The notes under the pieces: model-generated
What the model was told of the DNA's origin: nothing
Seen by the model: only the letters and a program-made list of their open reading frames with translations
The model's database searches: none
In this document: piece by piece, positions 27,400-36,669 of the stretch
Position numbering within the stretch: position 1 is the first letter of the stretch
Layout: every line of letters starts with the position of its first letter
Source: Spirochaetia bacterium
GTDB lineage: Bacteria > Spirochaetota > Spirochaetia > UBA9216
Assembly: GCA_965140585.1 (NCBI GenBank)
Contig: OZ223269.1
Span: forward strand, 160,001-224,000
DNA length: 64,000 bases
Direction: 5' to 3'
Translations under genes and position numbers: made by a program

Positions 27400-28284
27400 A
27401 TGGATCAGTATTCTCTTAACCTGTTTTTAACACTTGCAGAAACCCTCCATTTCGGAAGGACAAGCCAGATCTGCAATATAAGCCGATCGGCGCTCAGCCG
27501 CCAGATTCAGCGGATTGAAGATGAACTGGGACAGCAGCTTTTTGAACGTGACAACCGTGCTGTAACCATGACGCCTGCAGGACGCCGCTTCGCGGAATAT
27601 GCTGCCGGGGTCACAGGAATGTGGCGGGAGCTGAAAGAAGATCTTCTTGAGGAAAAGACCGTACTTAAAGGAGAGCTTAGTCTCTACTGCTCAGTAACTG
27701 CATGCTACAGCATTCTTCCTGATGTTCTTGCCGTTCTTCGCAGAAGATATCCTGAAATTCATATCCGGGTAAAGACCGGAGAAGCTTCTATGGCTGTTCA
27801 GAACGTGATGGACGGAAGGGCCGATATTGCAATTGCCGCAAAACCTGACAGACTGTCGCAGAATATCGGCTTTACGGAAATACGTAAAACGCCTCTCGTG
27901 TTTATAGTCCCTGCTGAGAACTGGACTTACAGCGGTATGACCTTTGAAGACATTCCCTGGGAAGATGTCCCGATGATTCTGCCCGAAAGAGAACTTGCAA
28001 GAACGAGGGTTGAAAAATGGTTTCGCAGCAGAGGCATAAAACCCAATATTTACGCTCAGGTTTCGGGTAATGAGGCCATCCTGGCTATGGTCAGTCTGGG
28101 ATATGGTGCCGGGGTTGTTCCAGAGCTTGTTGTGGAAAAACGGCCGTTTGAAGTAAATGTAGACACAATAGAAATAAAACCGCCGCTGGAACCCTATTCT
28201 GTAGGAATATGTGTTCTGCAGCGGCGGCTTGGTTCACCCCTTCTCAGGGCGTTCTGGGACTGTTTCAGTCCTTTTTCAGAGTAA
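27400..28284 (+). CDS. ilvY: LysR-family regulator, IlvY-like
   Basis: LAETLHFGRT..SALSRQIQRIE, GELSLYCSVTACYS, KTGEA, IYAQVSGNEAILAMVSLG, RAFW closely follow IlvY. Confidence 0.8.
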   Translation: MDQYSLNLFLTLAETLHFGRTSQICNISRSALSRQIQRIEDELGQQLFERDNRAVTMTPAGRRFAEYAAGVTGMWRELKEDLLEEKTVLKGELSLYCSVTACYSILPDVLAVLRRRYPEIHIRVKTGEASMAVQNVMDGRADIAIAAKPDRLSQNIGFTEIRKTPLVFIVPAENWTYSGMTFEDIPWEDVPMILPERELARTRVEKWFRSRGIKPNIYAQVSGNEAILAMVSLGYGAGVVPELVVEKRPFEVNVDTIEIKPPLEPYSVGICVLQRRLGSPLLRAFWDCFSPFSE

Positions 28285-30256
28285 CTCCTGCCAATTCATG
28301 GAACTCTTTTGATGAAATAGTCTCAACGTCAAGAAGCCTTACTGAAATCTTTTCCAGTACATCCTTTTTCTCCTGAAGCAAATTCAGGATTTTCTTATAG
28401 CGACCATTGATAATCTTTGCAATCTCATCATCAACATACTGCTGAGTAGTCTCGGAATATTCCCGCTGATTCATCATTGATTCCTGACCAAGGAAGGTAG
28501 CCCCCCTCTTGGTCAGAACAACGTTTTCAAAGCGGTCGCTCATCCCGTATTCGGTAATAAGGCTGCGGGCAATATCAGTTGCCCTTGTAATATCGTTGGC
28601 TGCGCCTGTAGAGACCTCACCGAAGGTTATCTGTTCGGCTGCTCGTCCGCCCAGAAGAACATCAATCTTTCCAAGAAGCTCTTCCTTAGTCATAAGAAAG
28701 CGATCTTCAGTAGGCGTCTGAAGGGTGTAGCCCAAAGCTCCAATTCCGCGAGGAATGATGGTAATCTTCTGCACCGGGTCGGAACCGGGTGTAAATGCCG
28801 CTGTAAGGGCGTGCCCGGTCTCATGATAGGCTACAATTTTACGCTCATGCGGATTTATCCTCTTGCTCTTCTTCTGCAGCCCGGCAATTGTTTTCTCGAT
28901 AGCCTCTTCAAGGTCTTTCTGACCTACTTTCTTTCTTCCTGCTCTGACTGCAAGAAGTGCGCTTTCATTTATGATATTTGCAAGGTCGGCTCCTACAAAA
29001 CCGGAGGTAGACTTTGCTATCTCGTGAAGGTCGACGTCCTTGTCCATCTTTACATCTTTTGCGTGTATATTGAGGATTGCCTCACGTCCGGTTAAATCAG
29101 GTTTGTCAACTACAACCTGCCGGTCAAAGCGGCCCGGACGCAGAAGGGCTGCATCAAGTACTTCGGGTCTGTTGGTCGCTCCGAGAATTATTACTCCCGA
29201 TTTTGCACTGAATCCGTCCATTTCAACCAGCAGCTGGTTGAGTGTCTGTTCCCGCTCATCGTTTCCGGAGGCGACATTCAGTCGGCTTTTTCCGATTGCA
29301 TCAAGTTCGTCAATAAAAATTATACAGGGAGCTTTCTCCCTTGCCTGCTTGAACAGGTCACGCACGCGTGCAGCACCCACACCTACGAACATTTCAACAA
29401 AGTCGGCTCCGCTTATCCTGAAGAAGGGGACTTCAGCCGCACCGGCAACAGCCCTTGCAAGAAGAGTTTTACCGGTACCCGGAGAACCTACCAGCAGAAC
29501 TCCCTTGGGAATTTTTCCGCCGATATCAGTATACTTCTTCGGATTTTTCAGGAAATCTACGATCTCCTCCAGCTCTTCCTTTGCTTCATCGGCTCCGGCG
29601 ACATCATCAAATGTTGTTCCGGTGTCGCCTTCCGCAATAAGCTTTGCGTTATTCTTCCCGAAACTCATGACTCCCGAGCCGGGATTCCCTATCTTGCTGA
29701 ACATTGCCCGCCAGATAATGATTATAAATACGAATGGGATTATCCAGCTGAAAAGCATGCTGATAATATTGCCGGTCCTTTCAGAGTTTGCGCTGTAGCT
29801 CACTCCCTTGCTGTCCAGCAGTTCTATAAATCCGGGATCATCGACAGGTACGGTCTTGTAAATTCCAGTATTTGCTCCTCCTGTGAGGCTGTTGTACATG
29901 GAATTCGTTGTTGCAGGCGTTGTATCTGTGCTGGTATAGCCTGTGTAGTAATCGGTACCCATTGTCACACGGGTGATTTCATTGGATTCAATTTTGCTTT
30001 TAAATTCGCTGAAGGTTATTACCTCCGAGGTATTGCTTGTGAAAAATGAATTTATGAGCATCATCAGCACTATTGCTGCAACAAAATACCAGATTGAAAA
30101 ATGAAACTGGCCCTTGGTAAATTTAAAAAATGAAGGTTCGTGATGCGGACCGCCTTTCTTGTCGCAGTCGTCGTTCCAGCATCCTTTTTCCTTGTCCTTA
30201 TCTTTTTTTTTATCGGACATATTTATCCTGTCCTCTTTTTCTTCTTCTGAACTCAT
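28265..30256 (-). CDS. ftsH: ATP-dependent zinc metalloprotease FtsH
   Basis: Two TMs, [42 protein letters not shown]. Confidence 0.96.
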   Translation of the reverse strand: MSSEEEKEDRINMSDKKKDKDKEKGCWNDDCDKKGGPHHEPSFFKFTKGQFHFSIWYFVAAIVLMMLINSFFTSNTSEVITFSEFKSKIESNEITRVTMGTDYYTGYTSTDTTPATTNSMYNSLTGGANTGIYKTVPVDDPGFIELLDSKGVSYSANSERTGNIISMLFSWIIPFVFIIIIWRAMFSKIGNPGSGVMSFGKNNAKLIAEGDTGTTFDDVAGADEAKEELEEIVDFLKNPKKYTDIGGKIPKGVLLVGSPGTGKTLLARAVAGAAEVPFFRISGADFVEMFVGVGAARVRDLFKQAREKAPCIIFIDELDAIGKSRLNVASGNDEREQTLNQLLVEMDGFSAKSGVIILGATNRPEVLDAALLRPGRFDRQVVVDKPDLTGREAILNIHAKDVKMDKDVDLHEIAKSTSGFVGADLANIINESALLAVRAGRKKVGQKDLEEAIEKTIAGLQKKSKRINPHERKIVAYHETGHALTAAFTPGSDPVQKITIIPRGIGALGYTLQTPTEDRFLMTKEELLGKIDVLLGGRAAEQITFGEVSTGAANDITRATDIARSLITEYGMSDRFENVVLTKRGATFLGQESMMNQREYSETTQQYVDDEIAKIINGRYKKILNLLQEKKDVLEKISVRLLDVETISSKEFHELAGVTLKKD

Positions 30257-30317
30257 TTACTGCTCCTATATAGTAAAAATATACATGAACAGTTCCAAAG
30301 TAAAGGAAAGAAGGGGA

Positions 30318-31568
30318 TCAGGATTGAAAAAAATCGGCTGCCTGGCTCATTGTCTGTTGAAAACTGAAGTTTACTGCCTCTTTATCATCCATGGTAAGCG
30401 GAAAAGGGTCTTCATGCCTGTACTCAAACGGGAAATCTGTTTGAATGAAATTTATTCCTATATCGGCGTTTTCTCCGTTGAGAGTCTGTGCAGTAATATC
30501 CGGCGGAAAAACCCTGTCTTTCAGCAGGCAGAGGCCTTTTATCTGTTTTGAAACCTTTTTAAGGGCTTCTTCCCTGAAACTCTGCATTCGATCAAAGAAG
30601 AGAAAGCTCTTGAAACATCTGGTCTCCTGATTATCCAGTGAGAAAATATTCTGCTGCTGTCTGCTGAAATCGAAAACAGAGGAGAAAAGTGTTTTAAGCC
30701 ATCTGAACAGTTCCCGGTATGCTTCTCCGTCAATTATAGTTTTGGATACCGGATTGGCAGTATCAAGTGCAGCTCCTCCGCAGAACATAAACAGTTTTGA
30801 TTCGTCAAAAAAATTTCTGCTGTTTCCGGTAATCAGTACCTCCGAAAGTGATGCGCCTATTGAATATGAGAAAATATCGGGCACCGCGTTTCTGTTAATA
30901 AAGGGGTAGGCTCCCTGTCTGATATCATCAATGAGTTCTATAATGTCATAGTATGTGTTCATCCCTGCAGAGAAGAAGCGGTGAGGGGCAAACTGAATTC
31001 TGTGGCTGAGAGCGGCATTTATGAAGCTTGTTTCATTTTCGAGCGGTACTATCTTCTTTCTTTCGTCGGCGACATGGTGCATCTCCCTCGGTTTTGCCCA
31101 CACTTCGGGTGCTCTGTCCATATGGAAGGCTATCGGGAACATCAGTACCGGATGTCCGGTCTGCTCTGCCAGGCTAAAGGCCCAGGGGAGGTATTTTGTC
31201 CACATTTTTTCATTTAAACCATGAAGCAGAATTATAAATCTGCTTCCGTCGCATTTCTCGGGTTTAAAGACGGGAATCCTGAACCTGCTGTTTTCCTCTA
31301 TGGCTGAATCAGGTTTTTCAAGATTGTTGAATATCAGTTCATTGCTGTAGCGGTTATTGCTGCAATAGTAGCGGAGAAGGGAATTAAATGAACTGTTGTT
31401 CTCTGTGTAATCATTATTTTCAGGGTAAACCCAGGTTGCAGAACTTTTAAAGGGGAGACTGAGAAATTCCATGGGGATATGTCCGTCAAGTTTTATGTGT
31501 GACTTTCCTGAATTTACAGAAAAGTTTTTTGTGAGGCTGATAAAATCATTATTATAATCAGTTTTCAT
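30318..31568 (-). CDS. Alpha/beta-hydrolase-like protein (DUF6051-like)
   Basis: LLHGLNEK, FPIAFHM, nucleophile-elbow-like SYSIGA, FCGG, HEDPFP. Confidence 0.65.
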   Translation of the reverse strand: MKTDYNNDFISLTKNFSVNSGKSHIKLDGHIPMEFLSLPFKSSATWVYPENNDYTENNSSFNSLLRYYCSNNRYSNELIFNNLEKPDSAIEENSRFRIPVFKPEKCDGSRFIILLHGLNEKMWTKYLPWAFSLAEQTGHPVLMFPIAFHMDRAPEVWAKPREMHHVADERKKIVPLENETSFINAALSHRIQFAPHRFFSAGMNTYYDIIELIDDIRQGAYPFINRNAVPDIFSYSIGASLSEVLITGNSRNFFDESKLFMFCGGAALDTANPVSKTIIDGEAYRELFRWLKTLFSSVFDFSRQQQNIFSLDNQETRCFKSFLFFDRMQSFREEALKKVSKQIKGLCLLKDRVFPPDITAQTLNGENADIGINFIQTDFPFEYRHEDPFPLTMDDKEAVNFSFQQTMSQAADFFQS

Positions 31569-32307
31569 TGTTTTCCTCTGATTTATTTTTTTTTACGGTA
31601 CTGTTTTTGAGCAGAGTAATCTGTTTTGATTTTTTGCGTAGTAGATCCTCCCAGCGCTTTATTCCTTTTTTAAGTTCATCAGTCTTTATAAAGAGTCTGC
31701 TTATTTCCTCTTCCATCAATAAAAGTCGCTCATTCTTTTCGTTAGAGCTGTACGAATCTGTTCCGTTTTCTATCGCAATAAAATCTCTGAAGTAGTCGGA
31801 TATATCTTTGATTTCATCCAGACTGTAGCCGAAGAGCTGAAGATCCCGGATAAGACTGCACAGGAAAACATAATAATCCCTGTACATTCGAAAACCGCCG
31901 CGGCTTCTTAGATCGGGTGCTATTATCCCCTTTTCCTCCCAGTGCTTCAGGGTCCGGGGACTTATTCCGGTTTTTTCTGATAATGTTCCGACAGTGAGAT
32001 ATTTTGTATTTTTCCGGTTTTTTTCAGTGTCTTTAGGTGAACTACCCGGAAAGCCAATTTTCTTTATTATTTTTTTGAGTTCGATTTTATCATAACCAAG
32101 TTCCGTCATTTTTTTCAAATGAACAGCTGCGTTAAGACTCTCTGAAGAATAGAGGGCTTCACCTTCTTCGGTATATCCTTCAGCCTCTATGAACCCTTCG
32201 CCGGTCCATGTCTCGAGCTGTGGAATTGTGCTTCCCGATTCTTCACAGACTTCCTCTGCAGTGTAGAGTCCTGATATTTCTGTAATTTTGCTCAAACTGT
32301 ACCTCAA
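31558..32307 (-). CDS. MerR-family regulator with two MerR-like HTH modules
   Basis: YLTVGTLSEKTGISPRTLKHWEEKGII..RSRGGFRMY plus a degenerate N-terminal copy (YTAEEVCEESG..LETWTGEGFI..LYS); C-terminal coiled coil. Confidence 0.8.
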   Translation of the reverse strand: MRYSLSKITEISGLYTAEEVCEESGSTIPQLETWTGEGFIEAEGYTEEGEALYSSESLNAAVHLKKMTELGYDKIELKKIIKKIGFPGSSPKDTEKNRKNTKYLTVGTLSEKTGISPRTLKHWEEKGIIAPDLRSRGGFRMYRDYYVFLCSLIRDLQLFGYSLDEIKDISDYFRDFIAIENGTDSYSSNEKNERLLLMEEEISRLFIKTDELKKGIKRWEDLLRKKSKQITLLKNSTVKKNKSEENNEN

Positions 32308-32344
32308 CGTATATGTTGTATGTAAAATACATAAACGTATACGT
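32305..32344. promoter_or_regulatory. Two ACGT-AT-A(C/T)GT palindromic boxes at the merR-like start
   Basis: CAACGTATATGTTG (32305-32318) and ACGTATACGT (32335-32344). Confidence 0.5.
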
Positions 32345-32353
32345 ATGGTAATA

Positions 32354-33091
32354 TTAATGCTTTATGAAGTCAATTAAAAAAGATGAGCTGGAAATTATTA
32401 CACATATCAGTATAAATCCTGTCAGATAGATATGCGTACCTGGAGAGTTCACGTTGCTTCGATATCTGCGCTTCTCGGTGTAGCATCGGCTGTAATATGC
32501 ATCAGACATTTCTTCAGATTTTCGAAGAAGACTGATAATCAAAGGAAGCGCTGTCAGTTTGATGTATCTAATAAATCCTGCCCTTGGGGTAAAGCCGCGA
32601 GCTTTACCGGCTTCACTGAGTTCGGCTGAAATACGGAATATCATCGGCAGAAATCCTGCGGCTGCCGAAATTATCCCGGCTGCCCTTCCCCCATTAATAA
32701 ACGGCAGAGGGTTAAGCAGGGTATGAACTCCGGCTGCAAGTTCAGAAGTCCCGGTTGTTGTATAGAAAACGACCGCAGCTGCTGCCATCACGCTTAGCCT
32801 TACAAAAAAAGCAGCAGCTTCCTCGGGCTTTTCTCCGTTAAAATAACGTATCAGCGCAAAAACGGCAAAAAAGAGTAGAATCTTCCAGAGGACCGGTATC
32901 TGCCTCAAGGTGTTTCTTCCTGCAGCAATCAGTACCGGGACAAGTAGCAGGAAAGCAGCAGGAACAATATACCAGTTAACGGTTCCGCACATTATGCTGT
33001 AGGTTAAAAGGGCAATGAGTTTTCCCGATGGGTGAAGCTTTGATACTGCAGATGTTCTGTTTGTGTATTCAAAAAGCAGAGCCTCTTTCAA
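32354..33091 (-). CDS. ECF transporter transmembrane T component (BioN/CbiQ-like)
   Basis: LHPSGKL, hydrophobic segments, coupling motifs ARG and SRC. Confidence 0.85.
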   Translation of the reverse strand: MKEALLFEYTNRTSAVSKLHPSGKLIALLTYSIMCGTVNWYIVPAAFLLLVPVLIAAGRNTLRQIPVLWKILLFFAVFALIRYFNGEKPEEAAAFFVRLSVMAAAAVVFYTTTGTSELAAGVHTLLNPLPFINGGRAAGIISAAAGFLPMIFRISAELSEAGKARGFTPRAGFIRYIKLTALPLIISLLRKSEEMSDAYYSRCYTEKRRYRSNVNSPGTHIYLTGFILICVIISSSSFLIDFIKH

Positions 33092-33846
33092 ATTACCGCT
33101 TCCTTAAGCCAGGACATTCCGCTGATTTCCCCGGAAGGTCTCCTGATATCAAACTCTTCCAGTCTGCCGATTATATCAGCCGGCGAACCCTCAGCAGCCT
33201 TTCTTCCCTCTGAAATGATAATAAGCCTGTCTGTATGGGCAAGAATCTTTTCAAGATCATGTGAAATAAGAATGATGGTATGCCCCGTATCCTTCAGTTT
33301 TAAAATTTCTTCAAGCAGCAGGCGGACGCCCCTGTAATCAAGACCGGCAAAGGGTTCATCAAAAACAATAATCTCGGCACCCATGACTATGACGCCTGCT
33401 GCTGCTACCTTTTTCAGACTGCCGCCTGACAGTCTGTGCGGACTTTCATCAAGGAGCTCTGTAATCGACAGCTTTTTTGCAATTTCTTTCACCAGCATGT
33501 CTACTTCTGAGTGTGGTTTTCCCAGATTTTCCGGTCCGAAGGCTATATCCTCAGAAACCGTCTGTCCAATAATCTGTGTTTCGGAATTCTGGAATACGAG
33601 GCCTACTTTAGTTCTTGCATGCTTAGGGTCGTCGGCCGTACTTATGCCGTTTATCAGAACTTCCCCTTCCGTCGGTTTAAGCAGACCGTTAAGATGCTTC
33701 ATCAGAACGGTCTTTCCGCTGCCGTTGGGGCCGGCAATAACTGTAAGGCTGCCGCGCTCAATACTGAGATCAATGCCTTTCAGAGCCTCCCTGCCGCCGG
33801 GAAATTTGTGTCTGACTGACCTTACTTCAACAGCAGACGTATTCAT
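33088..33846 (-). CDS. ECF transporter ATPase (BioM/CbiO-like)
   Basis: GPNGSGKT, VFQN, AFGPEN, LSGG, FDEP, SHD. Confidence 0.9.
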   Translation of the reverse strand: MNTSAVEVRSVRHKFPGGREALKGIDLSIERGSLTVIAGPNGSGKTVLMKHLNGLLKPTEGEVLINGISTADDPKHARTKVGLVFQNSETQIIGQTVSEDIAFGPENLGKPHSEVDMLVKEIAKKLSITELLDESPHRLSGGSLKKVAAAGVIVMGAEIIVFDEPFAGLDYRGVRLLLEEILKLKDTGHTIILISHDLEKILAHTDRLIIISEGRKAAEGSPADIIGRLEEFDIRRPSGEISGMSWLKEAVI

Positions 33847-34403
33847 GCTCTGCGTGGCAGCAGTTCCGGGGCGGTTTTATTCAGGGCTGCAGCAAGACTT
33901 ACGGCTGCAGCAGCCTTAAGAGCATCACCGAAAAGGAAGGGGAGCATTCCGGCGGACAAGGCTTTAACCCATGTAAAATCAAGCCTCCACTTGAGCCATG
34001 GTACCCCGACTGCATAAATAATCAGGCTGGCCATAACAACCGATACGATATCCCGCCACAGACTGCGGTTTTTCCCGCTGTTTTTTGACGTTTTTGAGAC
34101 AGCTGCGCAGACAAGTACTGCCGGAATGTAAGATACCAGGTATCCGCCTGTCGGTCCTGCAAAAACCGCAGGACCGCTTCCTCCGGCAAAAACAGGAAGC
34201 CCGGCAACTCCGATAATAAGGTAGACAGCCGCAGAGAGTACTGCTCCTGAAACCGGAAGAAGCAGACCGGAAGTAAGCAGGAAGAATGTTGTCAGGGTAA
34301 TTGGAACCGGCCCGACCGGTACTCTTATAAAGGCTCCGGAGGCAATAAGCGCCGCAAAAAGAGCTATAAGCATATTGGTTTTAATTTGATGTCTTTCAGT
34401 CAT
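33843..34403 (-). CDS. bioY: Biotin ECF substrate component BioY
   Basis: VPITL, GLPVFAGG, GPTGGYL, PFLFGDALK. Confidence 0.93.
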   Translation of the reverse strand: MTERHQIKTNMLIALFAALIASGAFIRVPVGPVPITLTTFFLLTSGLLLPVSGAVLSAAVYLIIGVAGLPVFAGGSGPAVFAGPTGGYLVSYIPAVLVCAAVSKTSKNSGKNRSLWRDIVSVVMASLIIYAVGVPWLKWRLDFTWVKALSAGMLPFLFGDALKAAAAVSLAAALNKTAPELLPRRA

Positions 34404-34409
34404 TTTGAT

Positions 34410-35192
34410 CTATTTCTCCTGTTTGTCTGTGTTATGTATAAATGATTTTTCTATCTGCTCAAGATTTAAAAGAATCTCAGACATGAGTTCTTTAGTAGAA
34501 ATGGTCTTTCCTGTAACCGATTCAATGCTTGAGATTCCTTCAGGAAGTTCTGAAGCAGGAGTACTGATATACAATCCTGTACCTGTATGAAATTCTGATG
34601 TGTAAAAAAGTTCACCCCTGAAGCTGGTGAGAATGCCACCTACTTTTTTATTGTTGATCATCATACTGTTAGGCCATTTCATACAGCACTCTGTTCCGCA
34701 GGTTCTGCTTACTGCGCTGCATATGGAAAGAGCTGATGCTTCTGTGAAAGATGCAATCTTGCTGCTGTGAAGCGGATGCCTGAATATTCTGGTAAAATAA
34801 AGTCCGCCCTCAGGCGATTTCCATTCTGAGTTTTCAATTCCCATACCGCGATTCTGGGTAGCGGCAATAACGGTTGCTGAACTGTTATCCTCATGAAACA
34901 GACTGTATTTCTGTGCCTCATGCATTGTCGAATCAGTCTTCTTCAGATATACAATATCTCCCAGCTTATTTTCCAATTCCCACGGAAGAGGCTGATCCGT
35001 GCTCCTCTCCAGCTTGTATCCGCTTCTTGAAGATTCAATGGCATATCCGTCATCCTTGAGTTTTTGTATAATTTTCCAAACCCCGACCCTTGAAATCTTT
35101 AATTTTTCGGCCAGTTCTTCTCCGGAAACAGGGCAGGGAGAGTTTTTAAGGATTTGTATCACACCGTATCGGCTGTCGGCTTTGTTAACCAT
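34410..35192 (-). CDS. birA: BirA-like biotin operon repressor (HTH plus degenerate ligase domain)
   Basis: SGEELAEKLKISRVGVWKII HTH, DSTM, W.SPEGGLYF, KWPN, KVGGIL; GRGR motif altered. Confidence 0.8.
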   Translation of the reverse strand: MVNKADSRYGVIQILKNSPCPVSGEELAEKLKISRVGVWKIIQKLKDDGYAIESSRSGYKLERSTDQPLPWELENKLGDIVYLKKTDSTMHEAQKYSLFHEDNSSATVIAATQNRGMGIENSEWKSPEGGLYFTRIFRHPLHSSKIASFTEASALSICSAVSRTCGTECCMKWPNSMMINNKKVGGILTSFRGELFYTSEFHTGTGLYISTPASELPEGISSIESVTGKTISTKELMSEILLNLEQIEKSFIHNTDKQEK

Positions 35193-35215
35193 AGATGTTT
35201 GTGTAGGTTAACGAA
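35181..35215. promoter_or_regulatory. BirA operator overlapping the birA start codon
   Basis: TTTGTTAACC-N15-GGTTAACGAA matches BirA box TGTwAACC-N14/15-GGTTwACA. Confidence 0.8.
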
Positions 35216-35254
35216 ATGTGTAAATAAAATCAACGTCCTTCTGTTCTGAATCTT

Positions 35255-35773
35255 CTATTTTAACTCAAATTCTTTCATGATTAAATCTGCTGCCTTTTTT
35301 ACGTCGGACAGTTTCAGAAATACAGCACCGCAATCAGAACAGTACTGACCAAGTTTTGGGTTATCAGACAGCACGATATCCGCCTCGGAAAGCGGGTTTT
35401 TAAGTTCGCCCTCATCACCGATAACTCCGGCCACCTCAATTCTGAATGCATTCCTGCTTTTGTAGCCCTCCGATATTATGATATCACAATCGGGAAACAT
35501 TTCACCAAGTTCGGATTCACTGCTTAAGGGACTGCTGTAGAACACAGTTCTGCCTCCCGGAGCAGACAGACAGACGGCTTTGGCGCCTGCAGAATAAAAG
35601 CGGTCTGTATCACTGCCGGGTCGGTCGGCGATGATATCATGGTGAGTACTCTTCAACGCAGAAACCTGCAGGCCGCGTGAAATGAGTTCCCTGATAAGCT
35701 GTTCACTGAAAGTTGTTTTTCCTGAATCCGACCAGCCGGTAACAGATACTACCGGCGGATTGTCTTTTTCCAT
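35255..35773 (-). CDS. mobB: Molybdopterin-guanine dinucleotide biosynthesis protein B
   Basis: GWSDSGKTT, LKSTHH, DRPGSDTDRF, ISEGYK. Confidence 0.85.
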   Translation of the reverse strand: MEKDNPPVVSVTGWSDSGKTTFSEQLIRELISRGLQVSALKSTHHDIIADRPGSDTDRFYSAGAKAVCLSAPGGRTVFYSSPLSSESELGEMFPDCDIIISEGYKSRNAFRIEVAGVIGDEGELKNPLSEADIVLSDNPKLGQYCSDCGAVFLKLSDVKKAADLIMKEFELK

Positions 35774-35778
35774 ATTTT

Positions 35779-35790
35779 AATTATATAATT
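35779..35790. promoter_or_regulatory. Symmetric bidirectional -10 element
   Basis: Perfect palindrome AATTATATAATT gives TATAAT on both strands, each 6 nt from a divergent ATG. Confidence 0.65.
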
Positions 35791-35795
35791 TTCAA

Positions 35796-36284
35796 ATGGC
35801 AGAAGTAAAGCTAATTACAGGAAAAATAAACAGCGGTAAAAGTACTTTCGCCGCAGCCTATATAACCGCTAAACAGCAGACTGGAGTAGCTACAGCAGGA
35901 TTTCTAAGTGATGCTGAATATGTCCATGGAAAAAAAAATCGATATTTCCTGAGAAATATAAAAACAGATGAGAGCTCTCTTGCAGTATCTGCGGTGAAAG
36001 AATCGGATGATATGAAGACCTTCGGCTTCAGCAGATTCTATTTTTCTGAGTCTGCATACAGAAATGCCTGTTATGTCCTGAAGGGGGCGGTGTCCTCCTC
36101 CATCATATTAATAGATGAAATCGGACCGCTTGAACTTAACGGATACGGATTCACACCGGCAGTGACGTTTCTATTAAAGTCGTTTAAAGGAGAGCTGATT
36201 CTCGTTATACGCAAAGATGCTGTAGAAAAAGCCCTGAGCTATTATGCTGTTTCTGAAAATGAATATGAAATTCTAAGGGACTGA
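35796..36284 (+). CDS. Nucleoside-triphosphatase (NTPase_1/THEP1-like)
   Basis: ITGKINSGKST, AGF, ILIDEIGPLE. Confidence 0.8.
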   Translation: MAEVKLITGKINSGKSTFAAAYITAKQQTGVATAGFLSDAEYVHGKKNRYFLRNIKTDESSLAVSAVKESDDMKTFGFSRFYFSESAYRNACYVLKGAVSSSIILIDEIGPLELNGYGFTPAVTFLLKSFKGELILVIRKDAVEKALSYYAVSENEYEILRD

Positions 36285-36302
36285 ATTTAATTCCTGTACT
36301 TT

Positions 36303-36545
36303 TCAGGCCCAGTAGGTTGCCTTTCTTTTGCTGGTCCTCATTCTGAAAGAGCATCCGGCTATTGAACAGGCCATCTTGACTTCAGCTTCTGGATCCTTTT
36401 CGGAGGTCACTTCGATGACTCCGGCATTCAGTTTGATCGACACATCAAATATTCTGGGATTGACGAGCAGTGCTTTCCGGAGTTTATCGGCCTTCGGGGC
36501 ATCGAGTAAATCAATTACATAAATAAAAATAGTTGCTTTGGGCAT
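36303..36545 (-). CDS. Small hypothetical protein, possible HMA/ferredoxin-like fold without the canonical CxxC
   Basis: 80 aa beta-alpha-beta-beta-alpha-beta pattern; TTGACA promoter upstream. Confidence 0.55.
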   Translation of the reverse strand: MPKATIFIYVIDLLDAPKADKLRKALLVNPRIFDVSIKLNAGVIEVTSEKDPEAEVKMACSIAGCSFRMRTSKRKATYWA

Positions 36546-36669
36546 ATCAGAATATAATAATAAATAGCCTTTTTTTTGTCAAAATGTTTTTTTTGTTTCG
36601 GTAAAACTTGAAAAGATCCGATACAAGAGTTAAATTTAAAGCATTCGAATAAATATGTAGGAGAAAATA

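Noticed and set aside
29040-29798. 252-aa plus-strand ORF and other antisense ORFs (e.g. 9888-10370, 33383-33919, 51074-51568, 58919-59377)
   Set aside because: Shadow frames of conserved genes (ftsH, aroC, ECF ATPase, fabF, trpS) with no motifs or RBS
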